A stretch of DNA of 64,000 nucleotides from Paramoeba atlantica (lineage: Eukaryota > Protista > Discosea), in NCBI GenBank assembly GCA_977017575.1, contig CDRNVI010000025.1, forward strand, positions 62,001-126,000, written 5' to 3'. Positions within the stretch are counted from its first letter, which is position 1. Every line of letters begins with the position of its first letter. The translations under genes were made by a program, and so were the position numbers. The notes under the pieces were generated by a model. It searched no databases, was not told the origin of the DNA, and saw only the letters and a program-made list of their open reading frames with translations. Of the stretch, positions 10,559-22,900 are shown one piece after another.

Positions 10559-11512
10559 TCACCCCACCACCTCTGTTTTATACTTTTCAAACGGCAGAAC
10601 GCTTAAAGCGTTTAGAGCTGTGTTTAAGCCTAAATCCATTGTTTCCGTAAGCATGTTCTCCGCTAAATTTTGCAAATGTAGTCGAGCATTCGGTTTGCCA
10701 ACGTTGCTTACGTCATCCTCTTCTTTTCCACTGCGCAGTGCCTTTTCATATTGCAATGCAAGGGAAGCCATCTTCTTGAGATTTTCCACGCGGTTTTTGT
10801 TTTTCACCACTCTCGAACCTTCTCGCAGGGCGTTCTCCCACCCCTTTTTGTACACATTCTGCAACATATTCATCTCGTGCTCATTTTTACGATACTCCAC
10901 GGGCATACTATAGTACTGTCGATTAAGATTATGCATCAGCGCCTGTATGGAGGGAGGGTTAAGAAACCCCACGTTGGAGGTAGTCTGTCGGGGCTCCTTT
11001 CCCGTCATCATCGCACTCTGCGGAATACACCGAAACGCGTCCATCACCACTCTCCCCCGGACACTCTGAATCGGATCCACCACCACCGACACCGACCGCG
11101 GGTTGAGCTGCTCAAAACTCTGCGCCGTACTCACATCCACCCCTGAGAGCCAGCACCCGAACCCGGGGTGGGAGTGGTACCACCCCACCACCTTCTCCGG
11201 GCGCCCCACGAGCTCCAGCTTGGCCAGCATCCCGGCCTGGTACTCCGGGTCCACGGCCTCGACGGAGATCCCGGTGCCGCTCTGGGGCATGGAGAACACG
11301 TCGACGACCCGCACGGTGTACTCGTCGAGGAACTCCCCGACCATCAGCCCCATCACCTCCATCGGGACCCCCGCGCGCCCGTGCAGCAGCATCTTGAGGA
11401 GCGCGAGGGGGGAGAGGTGGACGGTCTCGGCGGTGTCCGCGACCGGGAGGTCCACCCCCTCGGGGGAGCCCCGCGACCCCTGGAGCTGGCGCAGGATCGC
11501 GTTCAGATCCAT
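10559..11512 (-). CDS. RPN11: 26S proteasome deubiquitinase RPN11
   Basis: GRAGVPMEVMGLM and JAMM motif VVGWYHSHPGFGCWLSGVD. Start placed at MDLNA (11512), after a polypyrimidine tract. Confidence 0.95.
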   Translation of the reverse strand: MDLNAILRQLQGSRGSPEGVDLPVADTAETVHLSPLALLKMLLHGRAGVPMEVMGLMVGEFLDEYTVRVVDVFSMPQSGTGISVEAVDPEYQAGMLAKLELVGRPEKVVGWYHSHPGFGCWLSGVDVSTAQSFEQLNPRSVSVVVDPIQSVRGRVVMDAFRCIPQSAMMTGKEPRQTTSNVGFLNPPSIQALMHNLNRQYYSMPVEYRKNEHEMNMLQNVYKKGWENALREGSRVVKNKNRVENLKKMASLALQYEKALRSGKEEDDVSNVGKPNARLHLQNLAENMLTETMDLGLNTALNALSVLPFEKYKTEVVG

Positions 11513-12693
11513 GGGGAAAAGGAAAAGGAGGAAGAGAGGTAAAAAAATAAAGGCCGGTGAAAATGGTGAAAAAAGTGAGAATCTCGTTTTTGATTGCACA
11601 CAAAAATATTTACCGTCCCCCCATTTACTGTGACTCCCCCTTTAATATGCACAAAATTGAAGCTGAAGAAAGTTCGTGTAGTGAGACCGATTTGATTTTT
11701 TTCCTTTTTTATTCTGTTTGGAAAGTCACTTAGGATACCAACTTCCAACATTATGTTACTCAATACTGTAGACTTTTTAGCTTTCTCTATCTGCTTCTCT
11801 ATCCGCTTAAAATCTTCTCTATCTGCTTCTCTTCGTCAACACATGTCGCACACGGACGGTGTACCGACAACCGTTCATAGAATAAAAGGTCCGCTGTCGA
11901 GTTGGGCTGGGTCATCGCCACCTTCCCTACAGGTAGGGGAACGGGCACCTGTTCTACAAACTAATGCACCTCCAACGCCGTTGGAGGTTGTACCGTTGAA
12001 CTGTAAAAGAAAAAAAGCGGCAGCGAGTTGAACTCACAATTTACGACAAACGCGAGATTTGTCGATCCCAGGACTCAGTGAAGGCTATTCGAGAAAAGTA
12101 CGGGATATCCATACCCCAACAGTTAATTTACCAATTAACCAATTAACCGTGTTAATTAACCATTAATTAACCAGTAGTTAATTTGGTTAACCACAAAGCG
12201 GTTTCGCGGATGCGCGCACAGCGAGGTGTAAGAATGTGTACGTTTTGTGTACTCAGCGAGAGGTGGAGTGAAGAGGTGAATAGGCAGCGACTTTGAGGGG
12301 CGGAAAGGGGTGAGATCTCGCATTTTCATTGGAAAGTATGCAGCAGGTCTAAGTTCGTGTTGGTCCGTGATGAGGTGTGTGGTAATCCGTGTGGATTCGT
12401 GTAGAATTTGTTTTGGCATTCTTTGAGAGAGGCTCAATGGCTCGGCCGCTAGGAGGAAGGTATAGTAGACCAGGGATAGAATTAGTTAAACCACCCTTTA
12501 TGTTCCTGATCTAAGTCGTCTTGATCTAAGTAACTTTATGTTGCTGGTCTAAGATGTCGTAATGGAGTCTGTATCAGTCATCATTATTTGCTGGTTTGAA
12601 TCTCTGCTTGAACATACTGGTTTGTTTTGGTTTTTGTTTCGTTTTGCTGCGATCTCGGGATACACTTGAGGGGCTGCGGGTGAGGCCCAATAT

Positions 12694-12750
12694 GAGATCA
12701 CGCGAGATCATGCGACATCACGTGAGATCATGCGAGATCACGCGAGATCT
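12694..12750. repeat. 10-bp tandem repeat (GAGATCACGC, ~5.7 copies)
   Basis: Directly visible; a second 10-bp array (TTCGTGTAGG-like) lies at ~13230-13275. Confidence 0.8.
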
Positions 12751-13096
12751 CACTAAAGTGGATTTGGCTCGGGACGGTGGTCGGACGATATCATATCTCG
12801 AAGAACAGTTTACGACATCCGTGCGACTGGGATTTACCCGGACAGTGGTTTAGTTAAAACACGTCACTTGAAAGAAAAGTTGAATAACAGCTGAAAGAAT
12901 ATCAACTGAAGGAATAAACCCGCTTAGGCACATACTAATAATCCTTATGATGGTAATGGTCGTTCCCACACGAAAATATCGGATTTAGCGCTCTCAGAAC
13001 AAAAATACTCAAAAACGCCCCCATTTTTACCTAAAAATCGGCGATTTTTGGTTCAAATCCTTCCGGTTTTTTCGGCCTCCTTTTTTTCCTTTTTTC

Positions 13097-13170
13097 GCGA
13101 AGCTCGCAACATGAGGGACTTCTAACTTGAAAACAACCACCGCGTTTAACGAAGAGCCTAAAAAAGAAAA
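13097..13170. repeat. Tail fragment of the 3246-3888 element family
   Basis: GCGAAGC...GACTTCTAACTTGAAAACAACCACCGCGTTTAACGAAGAGCCTAA matches 3813-3875. Confidence 0.7.
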
Positions 13171-14118
13171 ATATTAAGAATGAACTAGATAAAACTACTA
13201 TAAATCGGGGAAAAAAGTGTTTCTGTGTAAGTCTGTGTGAATTCGTGTACATCCGTGTAGGTTCGTGTAGGTTTTTTTGAACCCCAACCTAGCCCATCTG
13301 CAGACTCTCCATTGTAATCGATCTAATACCCCAAAAAACAAAGTTGACTTCGGGTTCAGCATTGGAAGACACATATGCATGCTTTCGAAAGCTTTCGTTA
13401 GGAGAAGATGGGGAATGATACAGTGCCTGTCTCCGGCAGACGTGGAACATAGGATCTCAGTGTTTCTCACAGTTTACCTTCAGAATGCCGTTCGGAAACT
13501 CGTTCTGCTTTTTTCGGGGATGAAACGGCGATGTTGGTAAACGGTGAGGTACAAGGATATACGCTAGAGCAGATCGGATACCCGCAACCGAAGGTGGTCG
13601 ACACAAATCCCAAGGAAACTGTTACCGTCTTCCTGGCTGGAATATATGACTTTGCCCTAGATAAAGTTTACCCTCTTTACCCAACTGATATATTCAACCA
13701 CAGCGCCAAGAATCGTGAGAGTTCTAGCATTTATGCTGAAATGACGCGCCAGGCTTCCGCTCTTACTGGAATATACGCGGATGTTAGTCAATCTGGTTGG
13801 GTAAAGGGAGATAACCCCCCTCTCATTAATAATTATAAACCTCCAAAAATCATTAACATGTTGGTTTATAGGAAATTAATTAGACTATAATTCTGAGTCT
13901 CACTTTAATAATTATAAACCCCAAATTCTTCATTTTTTATCTAGAAAGTCATCTGTACCACATGCTTTGCACTAAAAACTGCTTCCAAGTTGAGTAAAGT
14001 GTCTTGAAAATCAAGAATTTGAAGCCCATAATAAGAAAAATTCACTTAATAAGTGAATTTTTATTGATGAATTTTTATTTCCATTGATGATTTCTATTGA
14101 TGAATTTTCATTTTAATA

Positions 14119-14223
14119 CGGTCCCCCCACTTAAGCGCAACCAGGTTTTGGCCTAAAATTGCGCATAAGTAGCCGGGTCAATAAAAGGGGTGAAAAAAAA
14201 TTTTCGCGCCGCTTCGCGGCGCG
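14119..14223. mobile_element. TA-flanked MITE left end plus GC hairpin
   Basis: TA-CGGTCCCCCCACTTAAGCGCAACC is the inverse of 21293-21316 (22/24) and related to 34305-34463. Confidence 0.55.
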
Positions 14224-15032
14224 TGTTTCAATCATGAGTTATGTATGCGGGGTGCCCCGGGGGGCTGCTTTTTATACACTCCCCCTCTAATTTCTATAAA
14301 ATATATTTTATAAAAAAAAATGAGTTATAAAACCCACACAGCGAATAAGCCACCCCCACGAGGCTTAGGGGGGTTGCGGCACCACTTTTTCGTTCAAAAA
14401 ATTGAGATCTGCACGTTCCCGCTGTTTTTAGACCTCTTCACAGATAACAAATTAAAACTCATTTTTTTAATGACGTTTTTACATAGTCATGCCAATATTA
14501 CCTGAAAAATCTCATGTTCCTCGACCAGGGGGGAGAAGGGGGTCAACATGAAAATAGTGTCACAGATCTTCGCTAGGGGAACGAGATCTCTCGATTGCAA
14601 CAAAAATGATGAAAAACAGGTAACAAACATTCAATTTGTCACGTGGTGGAATATTTGTCTTTGATTGGTTCTTTCTTGAAACGGTGATAAATCAACTTTT
14701 TTAAGCTGTCCCCTTTACTTTTTGCTTGAAGGGGCCTAAGGGGGTCAAGATATCATTTTCTCGTTCAAAATTCTGAGATCTACACGTTCCCACCATTTTT
14801 AGATCATTTTAGAAACTGAAAAAGAAAATTGTTTTTAGGTTCTATTTTTTTGCATCGTCATACCACACTAATTTAAGAAAACAAAGGTGAAACTGAAACA
14901 AAATTCGTTTTTTCAGCTTTTGTCTATCAAATTCTCTGATTGTAGAAAATACTTCTCCAGAGATCGTATTCATATTTTCTTGCGTTTTTCGCTATTCTTT
15001 TCGCCATTTTCAGTTACTTGGTCTATCTTTCC

Positions 15033-16746
15033 ATGCCTTGCACGGGGTGTGTTGGGTTTTTTTGTCGGCGAAAGCTGACAATAAGTAAGATTGCAACTTG
15101 GACTGAAAAGCAGTGTGTGGAGTGGCTACAAGATCATAAGTTGGTGGCACAAAAGGTCATATGTTGCAAGCGAAATCACACGAGTGACCACACTATGGAA
15201 ATGAATGGTGAAAAATGGAAGTGCACGAAGTCTTGCAAAGGGATACAGTGGTTTCAGTTGATCTTGCCCCCCCCCCTCGGAATTTTGATTTTTTTTATCC
15301 GTTTTTGCTCATCTTTGCAGCATTGGAGAGATCTCGTTCCCCCAGCGAAGAGCTTTGGCGCCTTTTTTTCATAGAGACCCCCTGGTGCCCCCTGGGTGAC
15401 CCGAAAGTTGACCAAAATAAAACAAATGATATTTTTTTACCTATGAAAAATAGAGAAAAAAACGGATTTTATGTCCAAAAGTTACCTCTGAAGGCAAAGA
15501 ACTAGTATCCGGAATGGCTTCCATTGTTTTGCAACACGCTTCGAAGTCTATTTGGGATCGAATTTAATTGTGTCGCACACATTGTGGGGTTGTCTTCTCT
15601 TTTGTCATTACTTTGTTCGACGTACTCCCCCTGTTTGGGGTATGAGGGTCTGATCTTCTTAATGTAGAGGTGTTGACTAAATTGAACTATGCAATAGAGA
15701 GGGTACTAGACATAGAGCGTTCAAATTATCAATTTAGAACGCTATCACACGTACTTACAAGTGCAAAATACACAGAAAATCGGGAAAATGTGGCAAAAAA
15801 TGGTTGTGTACACAGAAAAACTCCGCAAAAACAGTACTTTTTGAACCCAGGGGGCTCCAGGGGATCTCTATGAAAAAAAGGCGGCAAAGCTCTTCGCTAG
15901 GGGAATGAGATCTCTCCAATGCTGCAAAGATGAGCAAAAACGGATAAAAAAAATCAAAATTCCGAGGGGGGGGCAAGATCAACTGAAACCACTGTATATG
16001 AGAAGACGGGTCCACTGTTGCCGGGCAGGGTGCAGCGAAGCGCTAAACAAACACTGAAGTACATTGTACTTTACGTTCGGAGGAATAGACATGAGGTATC
16101 TGTTGCAGAGACGGAGCTCAGTGAGAAAACAATTATATCACTACGTCAGTGGATTGATTCCATCATGGCAACTTGTCATGTGCGTCGACGCGCCCGACAA
16201 AGAGGGAGCGTCCACTCGATGCAGTGTGATGAAACTTTTTTCTCGGTTCGGAAACGTCACCGAGGTAGTCACGGTTCGAGGAGCGTGCGCGCAGAAGGTA
16301 CGCAAGTAGCCCAAACAGTTGCGGCGACGACTCGAAACAACAAGTTATCCGAAATTTTAATGCAAGTAGTACCAGATCGCACTGCTGGTTCTCTTGTCCC
16401 CGGAATTACAGAACTAGCCACAGGAGAACGTACCAGAATTTGGACAGACGGCGCTCGTCACAATATTCGTCTCGGGCAGAACTACAAGTGGGAAAGCGTC
16501 AACCACCGTCGACAGTGGGTCACAAAGGAAGGTGTGCACACAAACACTGTGGAGTGTGCGAACTCAATCGTCAAGAAGCGTTCAAAGCGTGAAGGTGGTG
16601 TGTTGGGCCGGAAAGGCGCCCGGAGAGATGATCGGGTGCAGGCCTACGCAGAGCAGGGAAGCGGAAGTTTGAAGTGTAATGGGGGGGATGCTTTGTTGCG
16701 CGTGCTTGAAAATATAAAAGAGCATTGCGCTTGCGTATACGTATAG
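15033..16746 (+). pseudogene. Merlin (IS1595/IS1016-like) DDE transposase interrupted by a MITE
   Basis: Cys-rich N-terminus 15033-15245; catalytic part QCDETFF, IWTDG, VNH, GVHTNTVE. Removing 15246-15996 restores one in-frame 320-aa ORF (...KGI-YEKTGPLLPG...). Confidence 0.85.
15246..15994. mobile_element. Tc1/mariner-type MITE, ~150-bp TIRs (CAGTGGTTTCAG...), TA target duplication
   Basis: TA at 15244-15245 and 15995-15996; TIRs ~15246-15397 and ~15845-15994. Confidence 0.9.
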
Positions 16747-17061
16747 TGTCCGCTTTTTAAGTCTAAAGTTGTGAGTTTAAGTTTTTCAACATTTTTTGAG
16801 CAATTTTTGAACAGATTTATGAAAAAAACAAAAAAAAGAATTTTACTTCAGTTTAGCCAGTTTTTTTCATTGAATATAGTTACTACATAGTACTATATTT
16901 ACTATATTTTACTATATAACTATAAGAAAACTATAAAGTTTTTTTTCACACTACAAGTGATATTTTTTGAGGCCTCTCCGCTTGTGAAGGACATACACAC
17001 GCCTCTACATGCGTTCTTACACGCTTACATACGTATGATATGATAAGAAATTCTGAAAAAA

Positions 17062-17259
17062 ATGTAACCCAAGCTAAAGTGGACGAGGGAGATACTAAAA
17101 GCACCTTTGTCAAACCACCATAAAAATGGAAGGGTATGTCCCTTAAAGATTCTTTTGGCACGTCGGAATCCTTTACAAACCGGGAGATATCATTCCATTT
17201 TTGTGGTGGTTTAAAGGTGCTTTTAGAACCTCCCTCGTCCACTTTATCCTGGGTTACAT
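17062..17259. mobile_element. Foldback MITE (AAAGTGGACGAGGGAGATAC family)
   Basis: Arms ATGTAACCCAAGCTAAAGTGGACGAGGG... and ...CCCTCGTCCACTTTATCCTGGGTTACAT; relatives at ~20030, 48622, 51355 and 55747. Confidence 0.8.
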
Positions 17260-17828
17260 ATCTATCGAAACATCCTCCCTCTTCCCCGCGATTCCATCAC
17301 CGCCGAAAAATATCATCAACTAGTGTGTCATCTCCTCGGAAATAGCAATGAAACGCATGCGAAAGGAGTGACGATAGGAAGTACAAACTCTCCACTCGAC
17401 AACACACCGCGTAATTTATTCAGACTCATATGATTGTATTTATTCAAACTCATAGAATTGTGAGCAGCAGTTATTCAGTCCCAAGACATAACGTCGGTGG
17501 CTCCAGCCAACGCGCGGCGACAGCGATGCAGTGAGAAGATGTTCGGGACGCAAGGTTCGCACAAGGCAATCTGTCAAGGCCACGCGATGGGACTGCGGTA
17601 CGTCCCCTCCTGACACAAGTTACATTCAACCGCTTGTTTACTTCCCTCCGTGTGCAGCAGTTCAATAAAATAATCTTTGCAGAAACTATCCCTCGTAAAT
17701 TTAATTTCGGGCATCAATTTTCGGGTTTAAAAATAAGAAAAATCGTACACAAATGAATTCGCCGTGTATTTATGGCGTGTTGGTGAGCTTCGGAGTGCTT
17801 AAAATGTGAAACAAAAAAATATAGTTTT

Positions 17829-19781
17829 TTATAGGTTATCTACCCCTTCCCGAGCAATAAGATCCGCACACTTACGTACAGACTGACAAACTCGGGGGTT
17901 TTCCAGTTCTTGCTTCAGGAACGCGACAACAGTAGGTAACTGAGTAGAAAAGAAGGAAATGCTGCTGAACTTATCATGGCACCAGCGAGTAACTCCCCCT
18001 AACTTAGGAGCCGTAATGCCGTGTACATCCTTTGCTCTACGAACAGCTTCAATTACTTGAGGTCCATACAATGAAAGTGCGTCACGACAGCGAGGAATAT
18101 TTTCATGCTGAGCGTTCAGTTCCGCCAAAATTATATCAGCTTCATCGGGCGCATATTGTTTCAAAATTTGTACGCTGCTGCGAAGCTGACACACCAGCTC
18201 TGTCTGATATTCATCGTCCAGTTTATTGCTAGACAGCCCCCCATACCATTGAGTGAAAAATTGTTCCGCTTTGTTAGTTTCTTCGTCGAAAGATCCAAGA
18301 AGAACGTCTAGGGCCACACCACGATACCGCCCCTTCTTCGTACAGATCTTGTCATGTCCATAAAATGTTTGTCTGAAGAGCTTTTTAAGTTCAAAAAGGG
18401 GTGTTTCCTGAAAGGGTTTCATCGCATCCATCGCGAGGTTATTGAGAAAATGACCAAAGCAAGATAGTAAGGAGACGTGTGGCATCATGTCCACGGCCCG
18501 GTTTCCGAAGTTTATCCAGTCCGACTCCCCAATTCTTTGAACGCGATCATATATTCTTTTTAATTCTCCTTCTGCCTCATCACGGGCCACGTGGTTAACG
18601 GCACAGCCATCCACCATTAAAAACCTCATTTTTCGTACCAGGGTAATGCCGAGAATAGAATTCAATGTATTAACCAAACTCTCAGCTGTTTCTTTGCCGT
18701 TGAATGCCTTCCGCTTCGGATGATACATGGGTGGTAATAGATATTGCTCATCTGAAACATACACCACCCCTACTAATACGTGCTCGTTGAGCACGGAATC
18801 AACCCCAGCATCCACAGCTACCCCGAAGAAAGGATGAATATCGATTTTTGAAATCATTTTTTCCCATATTTCGTTGGCCAAGTCCTTCTCCCAATCACGC
18901 ATGACCCTGTGATTGTTGCCGAGTGCATTGAGAATTTCTTCAGTATTTGCTCGCTTGGGGCGTAATTCTTCATAGTTACGAAGTAAAGCGTGTGCAGCTT
19001 TGCATGACAAGTTCGTCTTTGCCACAAGACAGGGAACGCAGCGACGAACAAAAACATTTACACTCATTGAATTGTCGTTCGGGGTCAGTGAAAAAAGTTC
19101 CGGTTCGTTTGCGATTCTCTGTCCCTCGCGCACTAAACAAGTGTGATTGATATGGTGATAGTAATGGTTGTTATGGAGCGAATGACTCCACCACGGACAG
19201 TCGCGACACTTTATGTGAGTCCGCTGGCCCATGGTATTCACGAGATGGGGCCGAGGATATTTCTCGGCGTATTCGCGACACTCTTTGTTTTTCTTCTCCA
19301 AATCTTTCGTTCTACCAGGCGGGGTATCCATTCCCAAGCAGCGTTCACGAAAGAATTTTGTCGAAATACGGGGAAACCGCATTGGGTCCTGTACAAGCTG
19401 TTTTCGAACTACTTGCCTTACAGAGCTTGCCTGTTGTGATGGAGAGGACGACATTTCCTCTTCAAGCCTCGCGGTACACTCTCGTCGTACTGAGACAGGA
19501 ACATAACTCCCTGACGGAACGTTATCGGAAATTTCAAATCTGCTCTGGGTAGGACCATCTGCTGCTTCCGTGGAAGCATCTCGCTGCATGGCAGTTCTAT
19601 TCTTCTTCGCCGAATTGGTTCTCTTGGCACGAACCGAAGTAACTGAAGGAGTAGTAGATGAAACAGATTCGGAAGAATTTGCTTCAGCTAAAGTTGGCAC
19701 GATTGCATCTGATGAAAGAGCTGGGGGAGAAGGTATGCGGATAGGAATCATGCGCCCTCTTCCTCGAACAGAGGTGTGCAT
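17829..19781 (-). CDS. hAT-superfamily-like transposase, apparently C-terminally truncated
   Basis: VAVDAGVD (D1), MVDGCAVN (D2), SCFGHFLN (CxxH) and GVTRWC motifs. ORF stops before any ERxFS catalytic-Glu motif. Confidence 0.7.
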   Translation of the reverse strand: MHTSVRGRGRMIPIRIPSPPALSSDAIVPTLAEANSSESVSSTTPSVTSVRAKRTNSAKKNRTAMQRDASTEAADGPTQSRFEISDNVPSGSYVPVSVRRECTARLEEEMSSSPSQQASSVRQVVRKQLVQDPMRFPRISTKFFRERCLGMDTPPGRTKDLEKKNKECREYAEKYPRPHLVNTMGQRTHIKCRDCPWWSHSLHNNHYYHHINHTCLVREGQRIANEPELFSLTPNDNSMSVNVFVRRCVPCLVAKTNLSCKAAHALLRNYEELRPKRANTEEILNALGNNHRVMRDWEKDLANEIWEKMISKIDIHPFFGVAVDAGVDSVLNEHVLVGVVYVSDEQYLLPPMYHPKRKAFNGKETAESLVNTLNSILGITLVRKMRFLMVDGCAVNHVARDEAEGELKRIYDRVQRIGESDWINFGNRAVDMMPHVSLLSCFGHFLNNLAMDAMKPFQETPLFELKKLFRQTFYGHDKICTKKGRYRGVALDVLLGSFDEETNKAEQFFTQWYGGLSSNKLDDEYQTELVCQLRSSVQILKQYAPDEADIILAELNAQHENIPRCRDALSLYGPQVIEAVRRAKDVHGITAPKLGGVTRWCHDKFSSISFFSTQLPTVVAFLKQELENPRVCQSVRKCADLIAREGVDNL

Positions 19782-21228
19782 TGTGAAAAAAGAAGTAAAT
19801 TAACACAAAAAAGTAGAAGACTGGTTGCAAATACATTTTTTAAACATTTTATAAACATATATTCTGTTGAAAAAAATTCTTTCAGAAACCACACAAGCAC
19901 TCAAAATGTTTCGACCTTTCGACCGTCGAACGACGTCGAATTCGACGTCGAATGACAGCTATGTATATAGTACTATATTGATAGTTTTGTAGTTTCTGCG
20001 AACCCTGGTAAATTTTACGAGCACACCCCAGACTAAAGTGGACGAGGGAGATACTAAACCGCAGTCCGGTTTAACATTCCGGGGGGGGTAGTTAAGTAGC
20101 TACAGGAAGGTTAACTTTTTTTTGAGTTTGTAAATCATCTTCTTGAAAAAAAGGATGACATAAAAGTTAACATACCTGTGACAAGATAACGTACCGGGGG
20201 GGGTATGTTATCCTGTAACACCGCTTACAGGATAAGGACCGTGTACGGGATAAAGAGACGTTTCCTTCAGGAAGTAAAACGTTCAATTATTTGCGCGCGT
20301 CGCCTTTTTCCGATATACCGTAGACCCACCAGTAATAGACCCCTCATTAACAAGGATTTCGCTCGGGAGGGTGGCTCAAGGGGGGAGGGGGATTTGGGAG
20401 GGGTAAGGGTGGTTGCGCGGGAGCGAGTGTTCTTCTTTTACCCTGAATGGGGTACCCGGGCGGCTCCGATTTTTCATGCACTGATAAGTGGTCCTATACT
20501 TTGCTTTGTATGCCAACGGAAGGCAGTATCATATTCCGGATTAAAAATCATGCTCTTATGCATGAGGCCACTACTTGCTCGAAAGGTCATGAGCCACGGG
20601 TATGTACTCTTAAGGAAGAGCATTGGTTATGCTCCGATAGAAAGTGCCTCGGTAAACCTTATTTTTTGGAACCTCTTCTTACGGCCGCACGTGGGCGCAC
20701 CGGAAACCAGGTTTTTAAAGTCTTATACGGTATCACTTCTGCAGCCGGCTACAGATCTCAAAGGTAAACGGACTTGGGGCAAAAGCGATCACTCCGCTGA
20801 CAAACATCCCTTTGAGTCGTGCTCTCGAACAATGAAAATCGAAGAAACGAAAAAATGAAAATCGAAACTTTTTCCAATTTCCTTCCAAAAAAATTCAAAA
20901 AAATCCGCATTAAAGGGGGGGATCAGGGGGGTCCGTATTAAAGGGGGGGGTCACAGTAAGTGGCTTGGTTAGATTATCGTGGCCTGTACTATAGTACAGT
21001 ATGTAAAAAAGTATAGAAGTAAAAAAATGGTAATCACCTACTGTATTCGTATTTAAAATAATTTTACAAGGTGTACAAAGTCCATTCACTCAGATCTACA
21101 GTGTCACAAGAATTCGCTCAAACGGACTTACTATACTAATTTTAGAGGGGGTGTCTTATCTTGTCGAGGGGTTTACATGTATGGAGAGTAGCGATATAAA
21201 CGATAAAAACAATCCTCAAAATAAAAAT

Positions 21229-21316
21229 CGCACCGCTTCGCGGCGCGGTGTTCGTCATGCCTCAATATTGCGCTTAAGTAGCCGTGTCAAACGGTTGCGC
21301 ATAAGTGGGGGGACAG
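21229..21316. mobile_element. GC hairpin plus MITE right end followed by TA
   Basis: GGTTGCGCATAAGTGGGGGGACAG-TA, inverse of 14119-14142. Confidence 0.55.
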
Positions 21317-22159
21317 TAACTATCCGGAGTAACGAGTCACACGATTTCAGTTTTAGTATCTTTCCAATGAAAGGGAACCCAAAGAAGAAATATGAAAACA
21401 AAGGAATTATCAGAACGGTCTTGAAACAGTTTGACTTCAAGGAAACGTTTTTCAATTGGAATTCAGAGAGCTGGGTTTGGATATCATCATATCAAATGAA
21501 GCTAACATAATTTTTAATAAATTATTTATTATTTAGCAATTTATCTTTCACGATTTCAGAACATGAAAATAATTGAGGGAAAGCTACTGGGGTGTGCCGT
21601 TAACGCAGCTAGAAAAGCATTCAAAAATAATATTCTACTGTAGTTAGAAAACGGGGGAAGAAAACGTTCTGTCATAAGAATAAAGGAATTTGAACACTTG
21701 CTCCACTTTATTATCAATATTATTTATTTAATATCTATTTATTCAACATTTATTTATTCAATATTTATTTATTTATTTAAGATATAATATCTTAATAGCG
21801 TTTCAAAGTCATACGGTCGTACTTTTTATCCAACTTCTTACTATACTCCACACTTTTCCCATGCTGTTAAACAGCGGGTGGTTGATGGACCAAGCCAATT
21901 AAGCTTCACCACAATGAGACAGGTCACGGATATTTCAAGCAATGAAAAGAAAGTTCAGGCTAAAGCAGTCCACTGGGACACAGACCCGGGTAATTACCCA
22001 TTTACACGGCAGGGGCATGTTATTAAGTAGGGGGGATAGTAGATGATAAAAAACATACTTTCATCCAAGACTTTTGACACGTAAAGTAGCAGTTTTTCAG
22101 CTTGTGTCGTAAGTGGTGCAAAGGTCTCCCATCCATCTTACTGCAGGAACACTATTAAG

Positions 22160-22900
22160 TCAGCTTAGTATAATTTTTGTATTTCGAACATCCATATAGA
22201 GTATATGTAAAGTCTTAGGCATAAGACTTTTCTTCACCTCACCTTGAAGATCTACATTACCGTACAGGCGTAGAGCTGACAGGCCTGGAGGTAACGAGTC
22301 TAATTGTACCCAACCGTCGAACTGGTTTCTGTGAATAGCCAGACTCCACAGACGTGGTGGGAGACAACGTAGATCCGGAGTTCCTGTAAAGGCATTGCAG
22401 CCCATGGCTAACGTCTCGAGCTCTGGAGGAAGATGACTTAAATCAGCGATTCCTGATAGATCATTTGCCGTTAGACATAGGTGAAGCAAAGTTTTCGGTA
22501 AACAAGTAAAATCGATTGACCCAGTGAAAATATTATGAGCGAAGTTAGCGTCCATGGTTTGTGGCGGTAATTCATTGAGAAGTAACTCCCCAGTAAGCTG
22601 ATTGTTAGAAACAATAATTTGGAGCACTGAGCATGGGAGATATTTTAAATGGATACGGCCGTACAGTTCCATGTCAATGCCCCAGTCAAGCTTAGATGTT
22701 TTATTTCCCTCATCACATATCACATTCTTCCACTCACATGCTGCCGTGTTGGCATTCCAAGAGGGATCGGTATTTCCGACGTCTTTGATAAAATTTGCAA
22801 GTTCGTATTCTTGTGGGACGTTGGCGCTACGAATCCGACCGCGACGTGATGATGGAATGTCCTCAGCACACAGAATGTGTAAAAAAGTCCTGTGAATCAT
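22160..22900 (-). CDS. Leucine-rich repeat protein (close paralogue of 38764-39510)
   Basis: CEWKNVICD cap and LP-type LRRs. Start placed at MIHRT (22900) by comparison with the paralogue. Confidence 0.85.
   Translation of the reverse strand: MIHRTFLHILCAEDIPSSRRGRIRSANVPQEYELANFIKDVGNTDPSWNANTAACEWKNVICDEGNKTSKLDWGIDMELYGRIHLKYLPCSVLQIIVSNNQLTGELLLNELPPQTMDANFAHNIFTGSIDFTCLPKTLLHLCLTANDLSGIADLSHLPPELETLAMGCNAFTGTPDLRCLPPRLWSLAIHRNQFDGWVQLDSLPPGLSALRLYGNVDLQGEVKKSLMPKTLHILYMDVRNTKIILS

Noticed and set aside
12120-12195. TTAACC-rich tract as interstitial telomere
   Set aside because: It does not match TTAGGG/CCCTAA and is short and irregular.
13277-13890. Two short plus-strand ORFs as a frameshifted gene
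   Set aside because: No recognisable domain, and opposite to the gene cluster strand; left uncalled.
20205-20858. 217-aa plus-strand ORF
   Set aside because: It begins in repeat sequence with a non-ATG-supported frame and has no recognisable motif.
14119-21316. One 7.2-kb composite transposon bounded by the inverted MITE ends
   Set aside because: A related 159-bp MITE (34305-34463) shows the family is small, so two independent partial copies explain the pair; TA flanks are uninformative.
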